64,000 nt of DNA, from positions 2,770 through 66,769 of the forward strand of contig CAYNVN010000121.1 of NCBI GenBank assembly GCA_964400655.1. The letters are read 5' to 3'. Of this stretch, positions 27,354-36,808 are shown piece by piece. A program made the position numbers and the translations under genes. The notes beneath the pieces are model-generated. The model was not told the origin of the DNA. It ran no database searches and saw only the letters and a list, made by a program, of their open reading frames with translations. Source of the stretch: an uncultured Lentimicrobiaceae bacterium. GTDB taxonomy: Bacteria > Bacteroidota > Bacteroidia > Bacteroidales > F082. How positions within the stretch are numbered: position 1 is the stretch's first letter; every line of letters begins with the position of its first letter.

Positions 27354-29018
27354 ATGAAAAAAATACTTGAAATCATTTTTATCATCATTATTCCCTGGGT
27401 TATTATCCTATGGATAGTATTCAATTACAATAGCGACAGGGACAGCGATTATTACCCCTCATCGGAGATTAGTCTGAAACACGACTCCATTCCGGTTGAC
27501 CACTCAAAATTTGAGATTTTACAGCAGGATTTCAAAACCGGCCCCGAAGTTACCGAAGCCTGTTTAAGCTGCCATAACGGACGGGGTAAAGAGTTTATGA
27601 AAACACAACACTGGAAATGGTTAAAAACCGACTCCATTCCCGGAAGAGGGACTTTTGAACTGGGAAAGAAAAACCTGCTGAACAACTTCTGTATCGGTGT
27701 TAACTCCAACGAAAAACTCTGTTCAAAATGTCATGCCGGATATGGCTACGGCGATAAAAACTTTGATTTCAACAATCAAAACAACATCGACTGTTTGATA
27801 TGCCACGACGGTACCAAAACCTATAAAAAATCCAAACCCGGCAAAGGCCCCGGTTCGGGTTCCGGATATCCGGCAGCCGGTGTTAACCTCAGCTTTGTTG
27901 CGCAACATGTTAATTTGCCAAAACGGAACAACTGCGGCAGCTGCCACTTTACCGGCGGAGGCGGAAACAATGTAAAACACGGTGATTTGGAAATAGGATT
28001 ACTGAGTGCACACACCGGACTTCACGGCGATGTGGATGTTCATATGGGAATGGGTAAAGACGGCAAAAACATGCAGTGTATCGATTGCCACAAAACACAC
28101 CAACATCAAATATCGGGTCAGCTTTACTCCGTTTCGTCATCCAACAGCAATCGTGCTACCTGCGAAGAGTGCCACACATCAAAACCGCACAAAAGCAAAC
28201 TGTTAAACGACCACTTTAAAACCATTGCCTGTCAAACCTGCCACATAACAGGCTATGCCAAATTACACGAAACCAAAATTATTTGGGACTGGTCAACCGC
28301 AGCCATGCACGACAAAAACGGCAAATTAATAACCAAAATAAACACAAAAGACAGCACCTATACATTCGACGGAAAAGTTTACAAAAATGTTAAAATACAT
28401 TTTGATGCCAAGCATGGTACCGCCGTATTTAAAAAAGATGTACGTCCCGAATACATCTGGTTTAACGGTACTGCCGACCACTACATGATTACCGATAAAA
28501 TCAAAGACCCCTCAAAACCTTTAGTAATGAACCCGCTGCTTGGTTCTTACGAAGATCATTACAACCCTGCCGACCCTAAATCACCTTCTAAAATATGGCC
28601 TGTTAAAATCATGCGCGGCAAACAACCTTATGATGCGGTTAATAAAACGCTGGTTCAACCCAAACTGGTAGGAAAAAAAGGCAGTGGTGCTTTATGGGCC
28701 GATTATAACTGGAACATCTCCATTAAAAAAGGCATGGAATATATCGGTCAACCTTACAGCGGTAAATACGGCTTTATCGAAACCCAAACACTGTGGCCGC
28801 TTAACCATGAAGTTTCGCAAAAGGATAAAGCCCTGCAATGTGCCGACTGCCACAACGCTACCGACAGCAGGCTGAAAAACCTCACCGGTTTTTATCTGCC
28901 GGGCAGAGACAAAAGCGCATTACTCGATAATGCCGGCCTCATCTTCCTCGTTTTGGTTTTACTGGGAGTCAGTATTCACGGATTCCTAAGAATTGTCAGC
29001 AGTAAAAAAGAACATTAA
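27354..29018 (+). CDS. Octaheme c-type cytochrome, tetrathionate-reductase (OTR)-family-like
   Basis: Eight CxxCH motifs: CLSCH, CSKCH, CLICH, CGSCH, CIDCH, CEECH, CQTCH, CADCH. There is a gap of about 200 aa before heme 8. N-terminal TM/signal anchor and a C-terminal TM helix LIFLVLVLLGVSIHGFL. The heme count is certain; the subfamily call is from memory. Confidence 0.8.
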   Translation: MKKILEIIFIIIIPWVIILWIVFNYNSDRDSDYYPSSEISLKHDSIPVDHSKFEILQQDFKTGPEVTEACLSCHNGRGKEFMKTQHWKWLKTDSIPGRGTFELGKKNLLNNFCIGVNSNEKLCSKCHAGYGYGDKNFDFNNQNNIDCLICHDGTKTYKKSKPGKGPGSGSGYPAAGVNLSFVAQHVNLPKRNNCGSCHFTGGGGNNVKHGDLEIGLLSAHTGLHGDVDVHMGMGKDGKNMQCIDCHKTHQHQISGQLYSVSSSNSNRATCEECHTSKPHKSKLLNDHFKTIACQTCHITGYAKLHETKIIWDWSTAAMHDKNGKLITKINTKDSTYTFDGKVYKNVKIHFDAKHGTAVFKKDVRPEYIWFNGTADHYMITDKIKDPSKPLVMNPLLGSYEDHYNPADPKSPSKIWPVKIMRGKQPYDAVNKTLVQPKLVGKKGSGALWADYNWNISIKKGMEYIGQPYSGKYGFIETQTLWPLNHEVSQKDKALQCADCHNATDSRLKNLTGFYLPGRDKSALLDNAGLIFLVLVLLGVSIHGFLRIVSSKKEH

Positions 29019-29036
29019 TATTATAAACAAAGAAAA

Positions 29037-30566
29037 ATGAAAAAGGTATTAATATATAAAGGTTACGAACGTTTTTGGCACTGGACACAGGCATTGCTTA
29101 TCCTGCTGCTGGCGGTCACCGGTTTTGAAGTTCACGGAACTTTTCACTTAATGGGATACGAAGAGGCCGTATTAATTCACCGCAACCTGGCATGGGCATT
29201 TATCATTCTTATTGTTTTTACTCAATTTTGGAATATGACCACCGGCGAATGGCGACAATATGTTCCCTCAACCCAGTTGTTAAAAGACCAAATTGAATAC
29301 TACATAACAGGCATTTTCAGAAATGCCCCCCACCCCACACGTAAAACGGTTTACAACAAATTTAATCCGTTGCAACGCTTAACCTATCTCGGTCTCCGAA
29401 TATTAATCATTCCTGTGGTGGTATTAAGCGGATTGGTTTACATGTATTATGTATCGCTGGTTGATCAAAGCGCCGTGGGAAGTCTGGCACCTGTTGCCCT
29501 GATACACACCCTCGGAGCCTTTTTACTGCTCGGGTTTGTTATCGGCCATGTTTATTTAACAACTACCGGACACCGTCCGCTCTCGGCCATTAAAGCCATG
29601 CTCACCGGATGGGAGGACATGTCGGATGAAGATGCCGAAATGGCACTGGAAGAAAACTTAAAAGTGGCACTCATCGAAAGCAGAAAAGGCATTAGCGGAC
29701 GGGGAAGCATCGAAAAAGAGGGTATGTTTGAAACCGCCTTTGAAGATGTGGTGGAAAAACTGGGTATCAGCACCGAATCAACAAGATTGCGCGAAAAGCT
29801 ACTCTCCTCCAACGTTGGATATTTCCGTATCGGAAAAGACGGCAAATATCAGGAGGTGAACGAAGTTTGGCTCAAACTCTATAAATGCACCAATAAAAAA
29901 GAGGTGATAGGTTCGGATGTAACCCTCGACAGAACACCCGAAGGCAAAAAACAAATTATGACGCTCGTTAACAAAATCCTTTCGGGCGAAATAATTACCG
30001 GCGAACGTGTTGAACGGGTTTGTAAAGACGGCAGCATAGGTTATCATACCGTTTCGGCAGCACCGCTAAAAGACAAAGACGGTAACATTGTCGGACTGGA
30101 AGGCTTTATCATCGACATCACCCCGCAGGTAGAAGCCGAAAAAGCCCTTGAAAAGAAAATAGCCGCCCAACACCGGTCGAATATTTTTTATGAGCAGATT
30201 GCCAAATCAAAAGATGTGGGTTATTTCCGCATTGGCGATCAGGGATTTTATCAGGAGGTAAACGATGCCTGGCTTAAACTTTACAAATACGAATCAAAAG
30301 ACGAAATCATCGGCAAACACTACTCGTTAAGCCGTACCAAAGAAGACTTTATTAAACTGAAACAATCATTTGAAAAAGTTTTAAAAGGTGAAACCATCCC
30401 GCTGGGTATTACACGCCGTTATTGTAAAGACGGATCGGTAGGTTATCACACCATAACCATGACCCCTGTTTACGAAAACGGTAAAATTACCGCCGTTGAA
30501 GGATTTATTGTTGACAAAACCGACCGCAAGCTGGCCGAAGAAGAGTTGAAAAAAGGACAGGTTTAA
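29037..30566 (+). CDS. Cytochrome b (Ni/Fe-hydrogenase/PhsC b-type family) membrane domain fused to two PAS domains
   Basis: N-terminal ERFWHWTQALLILLLAVTGF, four TM helices with conserved His residues, and ...GHVYLTTTGH. Two paralogous PAS-like repeats follow, starting VGYFRIGKDGKYQEVNEVWLKLYK and VGYFRIGDQGFYQEVNDAWLKLYK. No kinase or other output domain. Confidence 0.8.
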   Translation: MKKVLIYKGYERFWHWTQALLILLLAVTGFEVHGTFHLMGYEEAVLIHRNLAWAFIILIVFTQFWNMTTGEWRQYVPSTQLLKDQIEYYITGIFRNAPHPTRKTVYNKFNPLQRLTYLGLRILIIPVVVLSGLVYMYYVSLVDQSAVGSLAPVALIHTLGAFLLLGFVIGHVYLTTTGHRPLSAIKAMLTGWEDMSDEDAEMALEENLKVALIESRKGISGRGSIEKEGMFETAFEDVVEKLGISTESTRLREKLLSSNVGYFRIGKDGKYQEVNEVWLKLYKCTNKKEVIGSDVTLDRTPEGKKQIMTLVNKILSGEIITGERVERVCKDGSIGYHTVSAAPLKDKDGNIVGLEGFIIDITPQVEAEKALEKKIAAQHRSNIFYEQIAKSKDVGYFRIGDQGFYQEVNDAWLKLYKYESKDEIIGKHYSLSRTKEDFIKLKQSFEKVLKGETIPLGITRRYCKDGSVGYHTITMTPVYENGKITAVEGFIVDKTDRKLAEEELKKGQV

Positions 30567-30613
30567 AACAAAAACAACTCAAAAACAAGTTTTCCCGGGG
30601 AGATGCCCCACAT

Positions 30614-30648
30614 AAAAACCCGCAGTCATGGGCAACTGCGGGTTTTTT
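30614..30648. terminator. Bidirectional Rho-independent terminator
   Basis: 10-bp stem AACCCGCAGT/ACTGCGGGTT, flanked by an A-run and a T-run. It sits between convergent genes. Confidence 0.85.
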
Positions 30649-30677
30649 AATATATAAGCACTAAATATGCCGTATAA

Positions 30678-31283
30678 CTACTTTCCGGCATTATCTCTCG
30701 ATTTTTGGCCGAGGTAACCGCCATGATGGCGTAATGAATACTCTTTGCTGGTGAATCCTATTTTTTTCATCATCTGCACCACCAAAATATCGCCTATCAC
30801 GGTCATAATGGTGGTGGAAGTGGTGGGCGACAAACCCAGAGGGCATACCTCCCGGGGATTACCCGTACAAAGCACCACATCGGCTTCGCCGGCAACCACA
30901 CTTTCGTTGTTGGAGGTTACGGCAATAATGGGAATATCGGGATGGAGTCGCCGGGTAAGTGTTATCAATTCAATTATTTCGCGGGTTTTACCCGAATTGG
31001 AAATAAGCAACAGCGCATCGTTCCGCTGAATAACACCCAAATCGCCGTGTTGTGCATCGCTCGGGTGCAAAAATACCGACGGAGTTCCCGTAGAGCTGAA
31101 AGTGGTGGCAATGTTAATGGCAATTTGTCCCGCCTTACCCATACCGCTGGTAATTAGTTTACCCTCCTTTTGGTGCACATGACGGTAAATAATTTCGATG
31201 GCCTTTTCGTAAGCATCCGTAACCGGAATATTTAAAATGGCTTCTGCTTCCTGCTGCCTTATCTTTAATATATCGTCTATCAT
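30678..31283 (-). CDS. Single-domain SIS protein, KpsF/KdsD (arabinose-5-phosphate isomerase)-like, without CBS domains
   Basis: GKLITSGMGKAGQIAINIATTFSSTGTPSVFLHPSDAQHGDLGVIQRNDALLLISNSGKT closely follows the KdsD/GutQ SIS core. Start chosen at MIDDILK. Confidence 0.8.
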   Translation of the reverse strand: MIDDILKIRQQEAEAILNIPVTDAYEKAIEIIYRHVHQKEGKLITSGMGKAGQIAINIATTFSSTGTPSVFLHPSDAQHGDLGVIQRNDALLLISNSGKTREIIELITLTRRLHPDIPIIAVTSNNESVVAGEADVVLCTGNPREVCPLGLSPTTSTTIMTVIGDILVVQMMKKIGFTSKEYSLRHHGGYLGQKSRDNAGK

Positions 31284-31434
31284 TGTAATTTGCTTTGGAA
31301 AGCACAAAAGTAGTCAAAATAAAATCTACGTTTTCAAACTTAGGTTGTCAATTATTAAAGTTATCCTATTTTAGCAGGCTTACAAAAAGCCTGTAAATAT
31401 ATTTTGTAAAAAAACCAACAAAAATCGTAAACAA

Positions 31435-32805
31435 ATGAAACAAAACTTTATCCTTTTAATGCTGTCAATGGTTTTGCTAATGCCAACGGTTTATGCCGAA
31501 TCTCCCAAAGAAAAACCCCAACAAAAAAAAGAGCGCATGGCATGGTGGACTCACGATCGTTTCGGCATGTTTATCCACTGGGGGTTGTATTCAATGGCTT
31601 CGCGCCATGAATGGGTTAAAAAATATGAACGGATGACCGATGAAGAATATCAAAAATATTTTGAATTGTTCGATCCCGATATGTTTAATCCTCGCGAATG
31701 GGCTAAAATGGCCAAAGCGGCCGGCATGAAATACGCGGTTATCACCACTAAGCATCACGAAGGTTTTTGCATGTTCGATTCAAAATACACCGATTATAAA
31801 GTTACCAACACTCCGGCAGGTCGCGATTTAATTAAAGAGTGGACGGAAGCTTTTAGAGCCGAAGGTTTAAAAGTGGGTTTTTACTATTCGTTGCTCGACT
31901 GGCATCACCCCGATTATACAATAGACCGCAATCATCCGCAAAGTGCTTCAACAGATGAGGAGTACGAAAAACTCAATCGCGGACGGGATATGAATGTATA
32001 TCGTCAATATATTAAAGATCAGGTAAGAGAATTATTAACCAACTATGGTAAAATCGATATTATCTGGCTTGACTACTCATTTCCTTCAGGAAAACACGGA
32101 AAAGGCAAAAACGACTGGGATTCGCAAAACCTTTTAAAGATGGTGCGCCGGTTACAACCCGGAATTATTGTTAACGACAGGCTTGATTTACTTGACAGTG
32201 AAGACGGATGGGACTTCACAACTCCCGAACAATACAACGTATCCAGATGGCCCGAGCGTAACGGCAAACGCATCCCCTGGGAAACCTGTCAGACTTTTTC
32301 GGGATCGTGGGGATACTACCGTGACGAGATGACCTGGAAAAGCAACAGGCAACTATTAACCCTTTTAATAGAAACCGTAAGCAAAGGCGGCAACCTGTTA
32401 TTAAATGTTGGCCCCACCTCCCGCGGCATCATCGATTATCGTGCCCAAAACCGTTTGGCAGCCATGGGTAAGTGGATGAAATTTAATTCACGTTCCATTT
32501 ACGGTTGCACACAAGCCCCTCCTGAATTTACCACACCGCCCAACACTCTTTTAACCTACAATCCCGAAACCAACCGCCTTTACATTCATCTGTTAAACTA
32601 TCCCATTAAACGACTCATCCTTAAAGGATATGCCGACAGAATAAAATATGCACAGTTTCTCCACGACGGTTCCGAAATAAAGTTCGGCAAACCACGCCAC
32701 AATGTTACCTACATGGAAAAACAGGATAAAAATGACATTATATTAATGTTACCCGTTGTAAAACCCAATGTTGAAATTCCGGTAATCGAACTGTTTTTAA
32801 AATAG
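31435..32805 (+). CDS. alpha-L-fucosidase (GH29)
   Basis: Signal peptide, then WWTHDRFGMFIHWGLYS and AVITTKHHEGFCMFDS, which are typical GH29 blocks. Confidence 0.9.
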   Translation: MKQNFILLMLSMVLLMPTVYAESPKEKPQQKKERMAWWTHDRFGMFIHWGLYSMASRHEWVKKYERMTDEEYQKYFELFDPDMFNPREWAKMAKAAGMKYAVITTKHHEGFCMFDSKYTDYKVTNTPAGRDLIKEWTEAFRAEGLKVGFYYSLLDWHHPDYTIDRNHPQSASTDEEYEKLNRGRDMNVYRQYIKDQVRELLTNYGKIDIIWLDYSFPSGKHGKGKNDWDSQNLLKMVRRLQPGIIVNDRLDLLDSEDGWDFTTPEQYNVSRWPERNGKRIPWETCQTFSGSWGYYRDEMTWKSNRQLLTLLIETVSKGGNLLLNVGPTSRGIIDYRAQNRLAAMGKWMKFNSRSIYGCTQAPPEFTTPPNTLLTYNPETNRLYIHLLNYPIKRLILKGYADRIKYAQFLHDGSEIKFGKPRHNVTYMEKQDKNDIILMLPVVKPNVEIPVIELFLK

Positions 32806-32869
32806 CAACTGCATTTTTTGCAACTTTGAAAAATGTTTGATTATAAAAACCATCAATAAAAATTTTCCT

Positions 32870-33688
32870 ATGAACATTATTAATTCTGAAACCGGTTTGG
32901 AGAAAATAATTTTTGAAGTGGCCGAAATTGCCGGTTACCTTTGGCAACGGGGATGGGCCGAACGAAATGCCGGAAACATATCGGTAAACATCAGCGAATT
33001 ACTAACCCAAGAACCCGGAAATTTTGAACAATATTCCTTTTTTGAGCTAAACAAACCTTATCCCGCACTTTCGGAAAAATATTTTTTTATTAGCGGTACA
33101 GGCCGCCGTATGCGCGATTTAGCACGTGAACCGTTATCAAATGCCCTGTTTATTAAACTGAACAAACAGGGAAACGGTTATCATATTATCACTATTGGCG
33201 ATAATAAACCCACGGATAATTTTTTACCCACTTCTGAACTGCCTACCCACCTTGCCATACATCAAATGATTTTAAATCGGGGCAGCAACGAAAAAGTTGT
33301 GATGCACACCCATGCCAACGAACTGGTAGCACTTACCCAAATTGGCGAATTTTGCAACGAAGAAAAATTAAACCGTCTGCTTTGGGGTATGCACCCCGAA
33401 ACCATCATATTTGTCCCAAACGGCGTAGGCTTTGTACCTTACACAACACCCGGAACGCAGGAAATAGCTGAAAAAACCCTGAAAGCACTTCAAAATCATC
33501 AGGTGGCGCTATGGGAAAAACATGGTATTTTTTCCATTGGCAAATCGGTTTTCGACACCTTTGACACCATCGACATTCTGGCAAAATCGGCAAAAATATT
33601 TTTCCTTACCAAATCTGCCGGTTACCGGCCTCAGGGGTTAAACAACAACGAACTTGAAAAATTAAAACAGATAGCAAACAATTATTAA
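32870..33688 (+). CDS. Class II aldolase of the long RhaD (rhamnulose-1-phosphate aldolase) type; probably acts as the fuculose-1-P aldolase here
   Basis: YLWQRGWAERNAGNISV aligns with E. coli RhaD ...AWLKGWDERNGGNLTL. 272 aa from the ATG at 32870; the track's start at 32837 is a TTG. Confidence 0.75.
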   Translation: MNIINSETGLEKIIFEVAEIAGYLWQRGWAERNAGNISVNISELLTQEPGNFEQYSFFELNKPYPALSEKYFFISGTGRRMRDLAREPLSNALFIKLNKQGNGYHIITIGDNKPTDNFLPTSELPTHLAIHQMILNRGSNEKVVMHTHANELVALTQIGEFCNEEKLNRLLWGMHPETIIFVPNGVGFVPYTTPGTQEIAEKTLKALQNHQVALWEKHGIFSIGKSVFDTFDTIDILAKSAKIFFLTKSAGYRPQGLNNNELEKLKQIANNY

Positions 33689-33710
33689 AATGCAGATAAA
33701 AACATGAACC

Positions 33711-35003
33711 ATGCAAGCATGTAACAAACCGGTAGTTCCGAAAAAAGTAATTCTTCCTTTTGTTTTAATCACCTCTTTATTCGCCCTCTGGGGATTTGCC
33801 AACGACATTACCAACCCCCTGGTAGCGGCATTTAAAACGGTAATGGAAATTTCAAATGCAAAAGCAGCCTTAATACAATTTGCTTTTTACGGCGGTTATG
33901 CCACCATGGCCATACCGGCAGCACTTTTTATTAATAAGTTCAGTTATAAAAAGGGCATTTTACTGGGGCTTGCACTTTATGCCGTGGGCGCATTACTTTT
34001 TTATCCTGCCGCCAAATACCAAATGTTCGGATTTTTTCTCGGTTCACTTTATATTTTAACATTCGGACTTGCTTTCCTCGAAACCACCGCCAACCCCTAT
34101 ATTCTTTCCATGGGCGAACGCGAAACAGCAACACGCAGGTTAAACCTCGCCCAGTCATTCAACCCCGTTGGTTCGCTGCTCGGTATGTTTGTAGCATCAA
34201 ATTTTATACTTACCCAACTCCAATCCGACAAAAGAGATGCCGCCGGCAAATTAATTTTTTCAACACTCAACACTGCACAAAAAGCAGCTGTCAGGTCGCA
34301 CGACCTTGCCGTAATACGAAACCCGTACGTTATACTCGGCTTTGTGGTTATAGCAATGTTTGTTATAATAGCAATTATTAAAATGCCCGAAAGCAACAAA
34401 CAAAATAAAAACGTAAAAGCTTCCGAATCGTTTAAACGTCTTATTAAAAACGTAAACTATCGCGAAGGAGTTATTGCCCAGGTTTTTTACGTTGGTGCGC
34501 AAATTATGAACTGGACATTTATTATTCAATATGCCGACAGGCTGGGCATTACAAAAGCACAGGCCCAATATTACAATATAGTGGCAATGATTATCTTTTT
34601 ATCAAGCCGGTTTATCAGCACACTGTTAATGAAATATCTTAATTCCAAACTGCTATTAACCGTTTTTGCCGTGGGGGGGATAATAACCATGGCTGGAACC
34701 ATATTAATTCAGGGGATGTTCGGACTTTACTGCCTTATCGCCACATCGGCCTTTATGTCACTCATGTTTCCCACTATTTACGGAATAGCACTTACGGGGC
34801 TTGGTAAAGACACAACCCTGGGTGCTGCCGGTTTGGTTATGGCCATTGTGGGAGGTGCACTAATGCCTCCGCTACAGGGAGCCATTATTGATTTGGGAAC
34901 CGTTGCAGGCATGCCGGCAGTAAACTTTTCGTTTATACTGCCACTGTTCAGTTTTGTAGTAATCACTATTTACGGTTACAGAACCATGAAAAATAAAATA
35001 TAA
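33711..35003 (+). CDS. fucP: L-fucose:H+ symporter permease
   Basis: MFS protein with ...LFALWGFANDITNPLV..., FLETTANPY and RLNLAQSFNPVGS, closely paralleling E. coli FucP. Confidence 0.9.
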   Translation: MQACNKPVVPKKVILPFVLITSLFALWGFANDITNPLVAAFKTVMEISNAKAALIQFAFYGGYATMAIPAALFINKFSYKKGILLGLALYAVGALLFYPAAKYQMFGFFLGSLYILTFGLAFLETTANPYILSMGERETATRRLNLAQSFNPVGSLLGMFVASNFILTQLQSDKRDAAGKLIFSTLNTAQKAAVRSHDLAVIRNPYVILGFVVIAMFVIIAIIKMPESNKQNKNVKASESFKRLIKNVNYREGVIAQVFYVGAQIMNWTFIIQYADRLGITKAQAQYYNIVAMIIFLSSRFISTLLMKYLNSKLLLTVFAVGGIITMAGTILIQGMFGLYCLIATSAFMSLMFPTIYGIALTGLGKDTTLGAAGLVMAIVGGALMPPLQGAIIDLGTVAGMPAVNFSFILPLFSFVVITIYGYRTMKNKI

Positions 35004-35036
35004 ATTTGTTGTTAACATTTAAAAAGTTTTTTACCC

Positions 35037-36797
35037 ATGAATAACCATCCGAAAATCGGCATTCGTCCTACAATTGACGGCCGTGAAGGAGGCGTAAGAG
35101 AATCGCTGGAAGAACAAGTAATGACGATGGCCAAAACAGCCGCAAAATTTTTATCGGAAAATCTAAAATATCCCGACGGCAAACCGGTGGAATGTGTAAT
35201 TGCCGATAACTGCATCGGAGGAGTGGCTGAAGCGGCGGCAACAGCTGAAAAATTTGAAAAAGAAGGTGTAGGCGTGTCGTTAACCGTTACTCCCGCCTGG
35301 TGTTACGGAACCGAAACCATCGACATGAACCCATTAATACCTAAAGCGGTGTGGGGATTCAACGGTACCGAACGCCCCGGGGCCGTTTATCTTGCAGCAG
35401 CACTTGCCGGGCATAATCAAAAAGGTTTACCTGCATTTGGTATTTACGGTAAAGATGTACAGGATGCAGGCGAAACCCTTATTCCGGAAGACGTAAAACA
35501 AAAACTGTTGCGCTTTGCAAAAGCAGGACTTGCCGTTGCCTTGATGAAAGGTAAATCTTACCTTTCCATGGGTTCCGTCTCAATGGGTATTGCAGGCTCT
35601 ATTGTCGATTCGGATTTCTTTCAAAGCTATCTCGGTATTCGCAACGAATATGTGGATATGACAGAATTCTTACGCCGTATGGACAATAAAATTTATGATG
35701 AAGACGAATATGAAAAAGCTCTGATATGGGTAAAAAACAACTGTAAAGAAGGAAAAGACTATAACACCGTTCCCAAATCAGACGAACAAAAAAATACCGA
35801 GTGGGAAAAAGTAATAAAAATGACACTGATTGCCCGTGATATGATGAGCGGCAATCAGAAACTTATCGAAAAAGGGTTTCGTGAAGAAGGACTTGGACAT
35901 AATGCTATTTTAGCCGGATTTCAGGGGCAGCGTCAATGGACCGATTATCAACCCAACGGCGATTTTATGGAAGCCATACTAAATTCGTCATTCGACTGGA
36001 ACGGTAAAAGAGCACCATTTTTGGTGGCTACCGAAAACGATTCGCTTAACGGGGTGGCCATGTTGTTTGGTTACCTGCTAACCAACAGCGCCCAAATGTT
36101 CTCCGATATCCGTACCTACTGGAGCCCCCGGGCCATTGAACGCGTTACCGGACAAAAACCCGAAAAAGAGATATCAGGTGGTATTATTCACCTAATCAAT
36201 TCGGGCGCATCTGCCCTTGATTTTACCGGACAACAATCAATCGAAGGCAAGCCCGGCATTAAACCTTTTTGGGAAATTACCGACGAAGAGGCCGACAAGT
36301 GCCTTAAAGCCACCTCGTGGTGCCCCGCCATATCCGAATATTTCAGAGGCGGAGGTTTTTCATCGGAATTTTTAACCAAAGGGGGCATGCCCATTACCAT
36401 TTCAAGAATCAATATTGTAAAAGGGATGGGGCCCGTTTTACAAATTGCCGAAGGATATACCGTTGAACTACCCCCTGAAATGAACCGCATATTAACCCAA
36501 CGTACAAACCCGTCGTGGCCCACCACCTGGTTTGTTCCGCGCCTTAACAACAAAGGTGCCTTTAAAGATGTTTATTCGGTTATGGCTAACTGGGGGGCCA
36601 ACCATTGCGCCTCCTCTTACGGACATATTGGTGCCGATTTAATAACACTGGCATCCATGTTACGCATACCGGTTAATATGCACAATGTTGACGAAGACAA
36701 AATATTCAGACCAAACGCATGGAGCCTGCACGGTACGGAAAATAAAGAAAGTGCCGATTACCGTGCCTGTTATACTTACGGGCCTCTTTATAAATAA
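35037..36797 (+). CDS. fucI: L-fucose isomerase
   Basis: Near-colinear with E. coli FucI: [74 protein letters not shown]. Confidence 0.95.
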   Translation: MNNHPKIGIRPTIDGREGGVRESLEEQVMTMAKTAAKFLSENLKYPDGKPVECVIADNCIGGVAEAAATAEKFEKEGVGVSLTVTPAWCYGTETIDMNPLIPKAVWGFNGTERPGAVYLAAALAGHNQKGLPAFGIYGKDVQDAGETLIPEDVKQKLLRFAKAGLAVALMKGKSYLSMGSVSMGIAGSIVDSDFFQSYLGIRNEYVDMTEFLRRMDNKIYDEDEYEKALIWVKNNCKEGKDYNTVPKSDEQKNTEWEKVIKMTLIARDMMSGNQKLIEKGFREEGLGHNAILAGFQGQRQWTDYQPNGDFMEAILNSSFDWNGKRAPFLVATENDSLNGVAMLFGYLLTNSAQMFSDIRTYWSPRAIERVTGQKPEKEISGGIIHLINSGASALDFTGQQSIEGKPGIKPFWEITDEEADKCLKATSWCPAISEYFRGGGFSSEFLTKGGMPITISRINIVKGMGPVLQIAEGYTVELPPEMNRILTQRTNPSWPTTWFVPRLNNKGAFKDVYSVMANWGANHCASSYGHIGADLITLASMLRIPVNMHNVDEDKIFRPNAWSLHGTENKESADYRACYTYGPLYK

Positions 36798-36808
36798 AAC
36801 AGGGCAAA

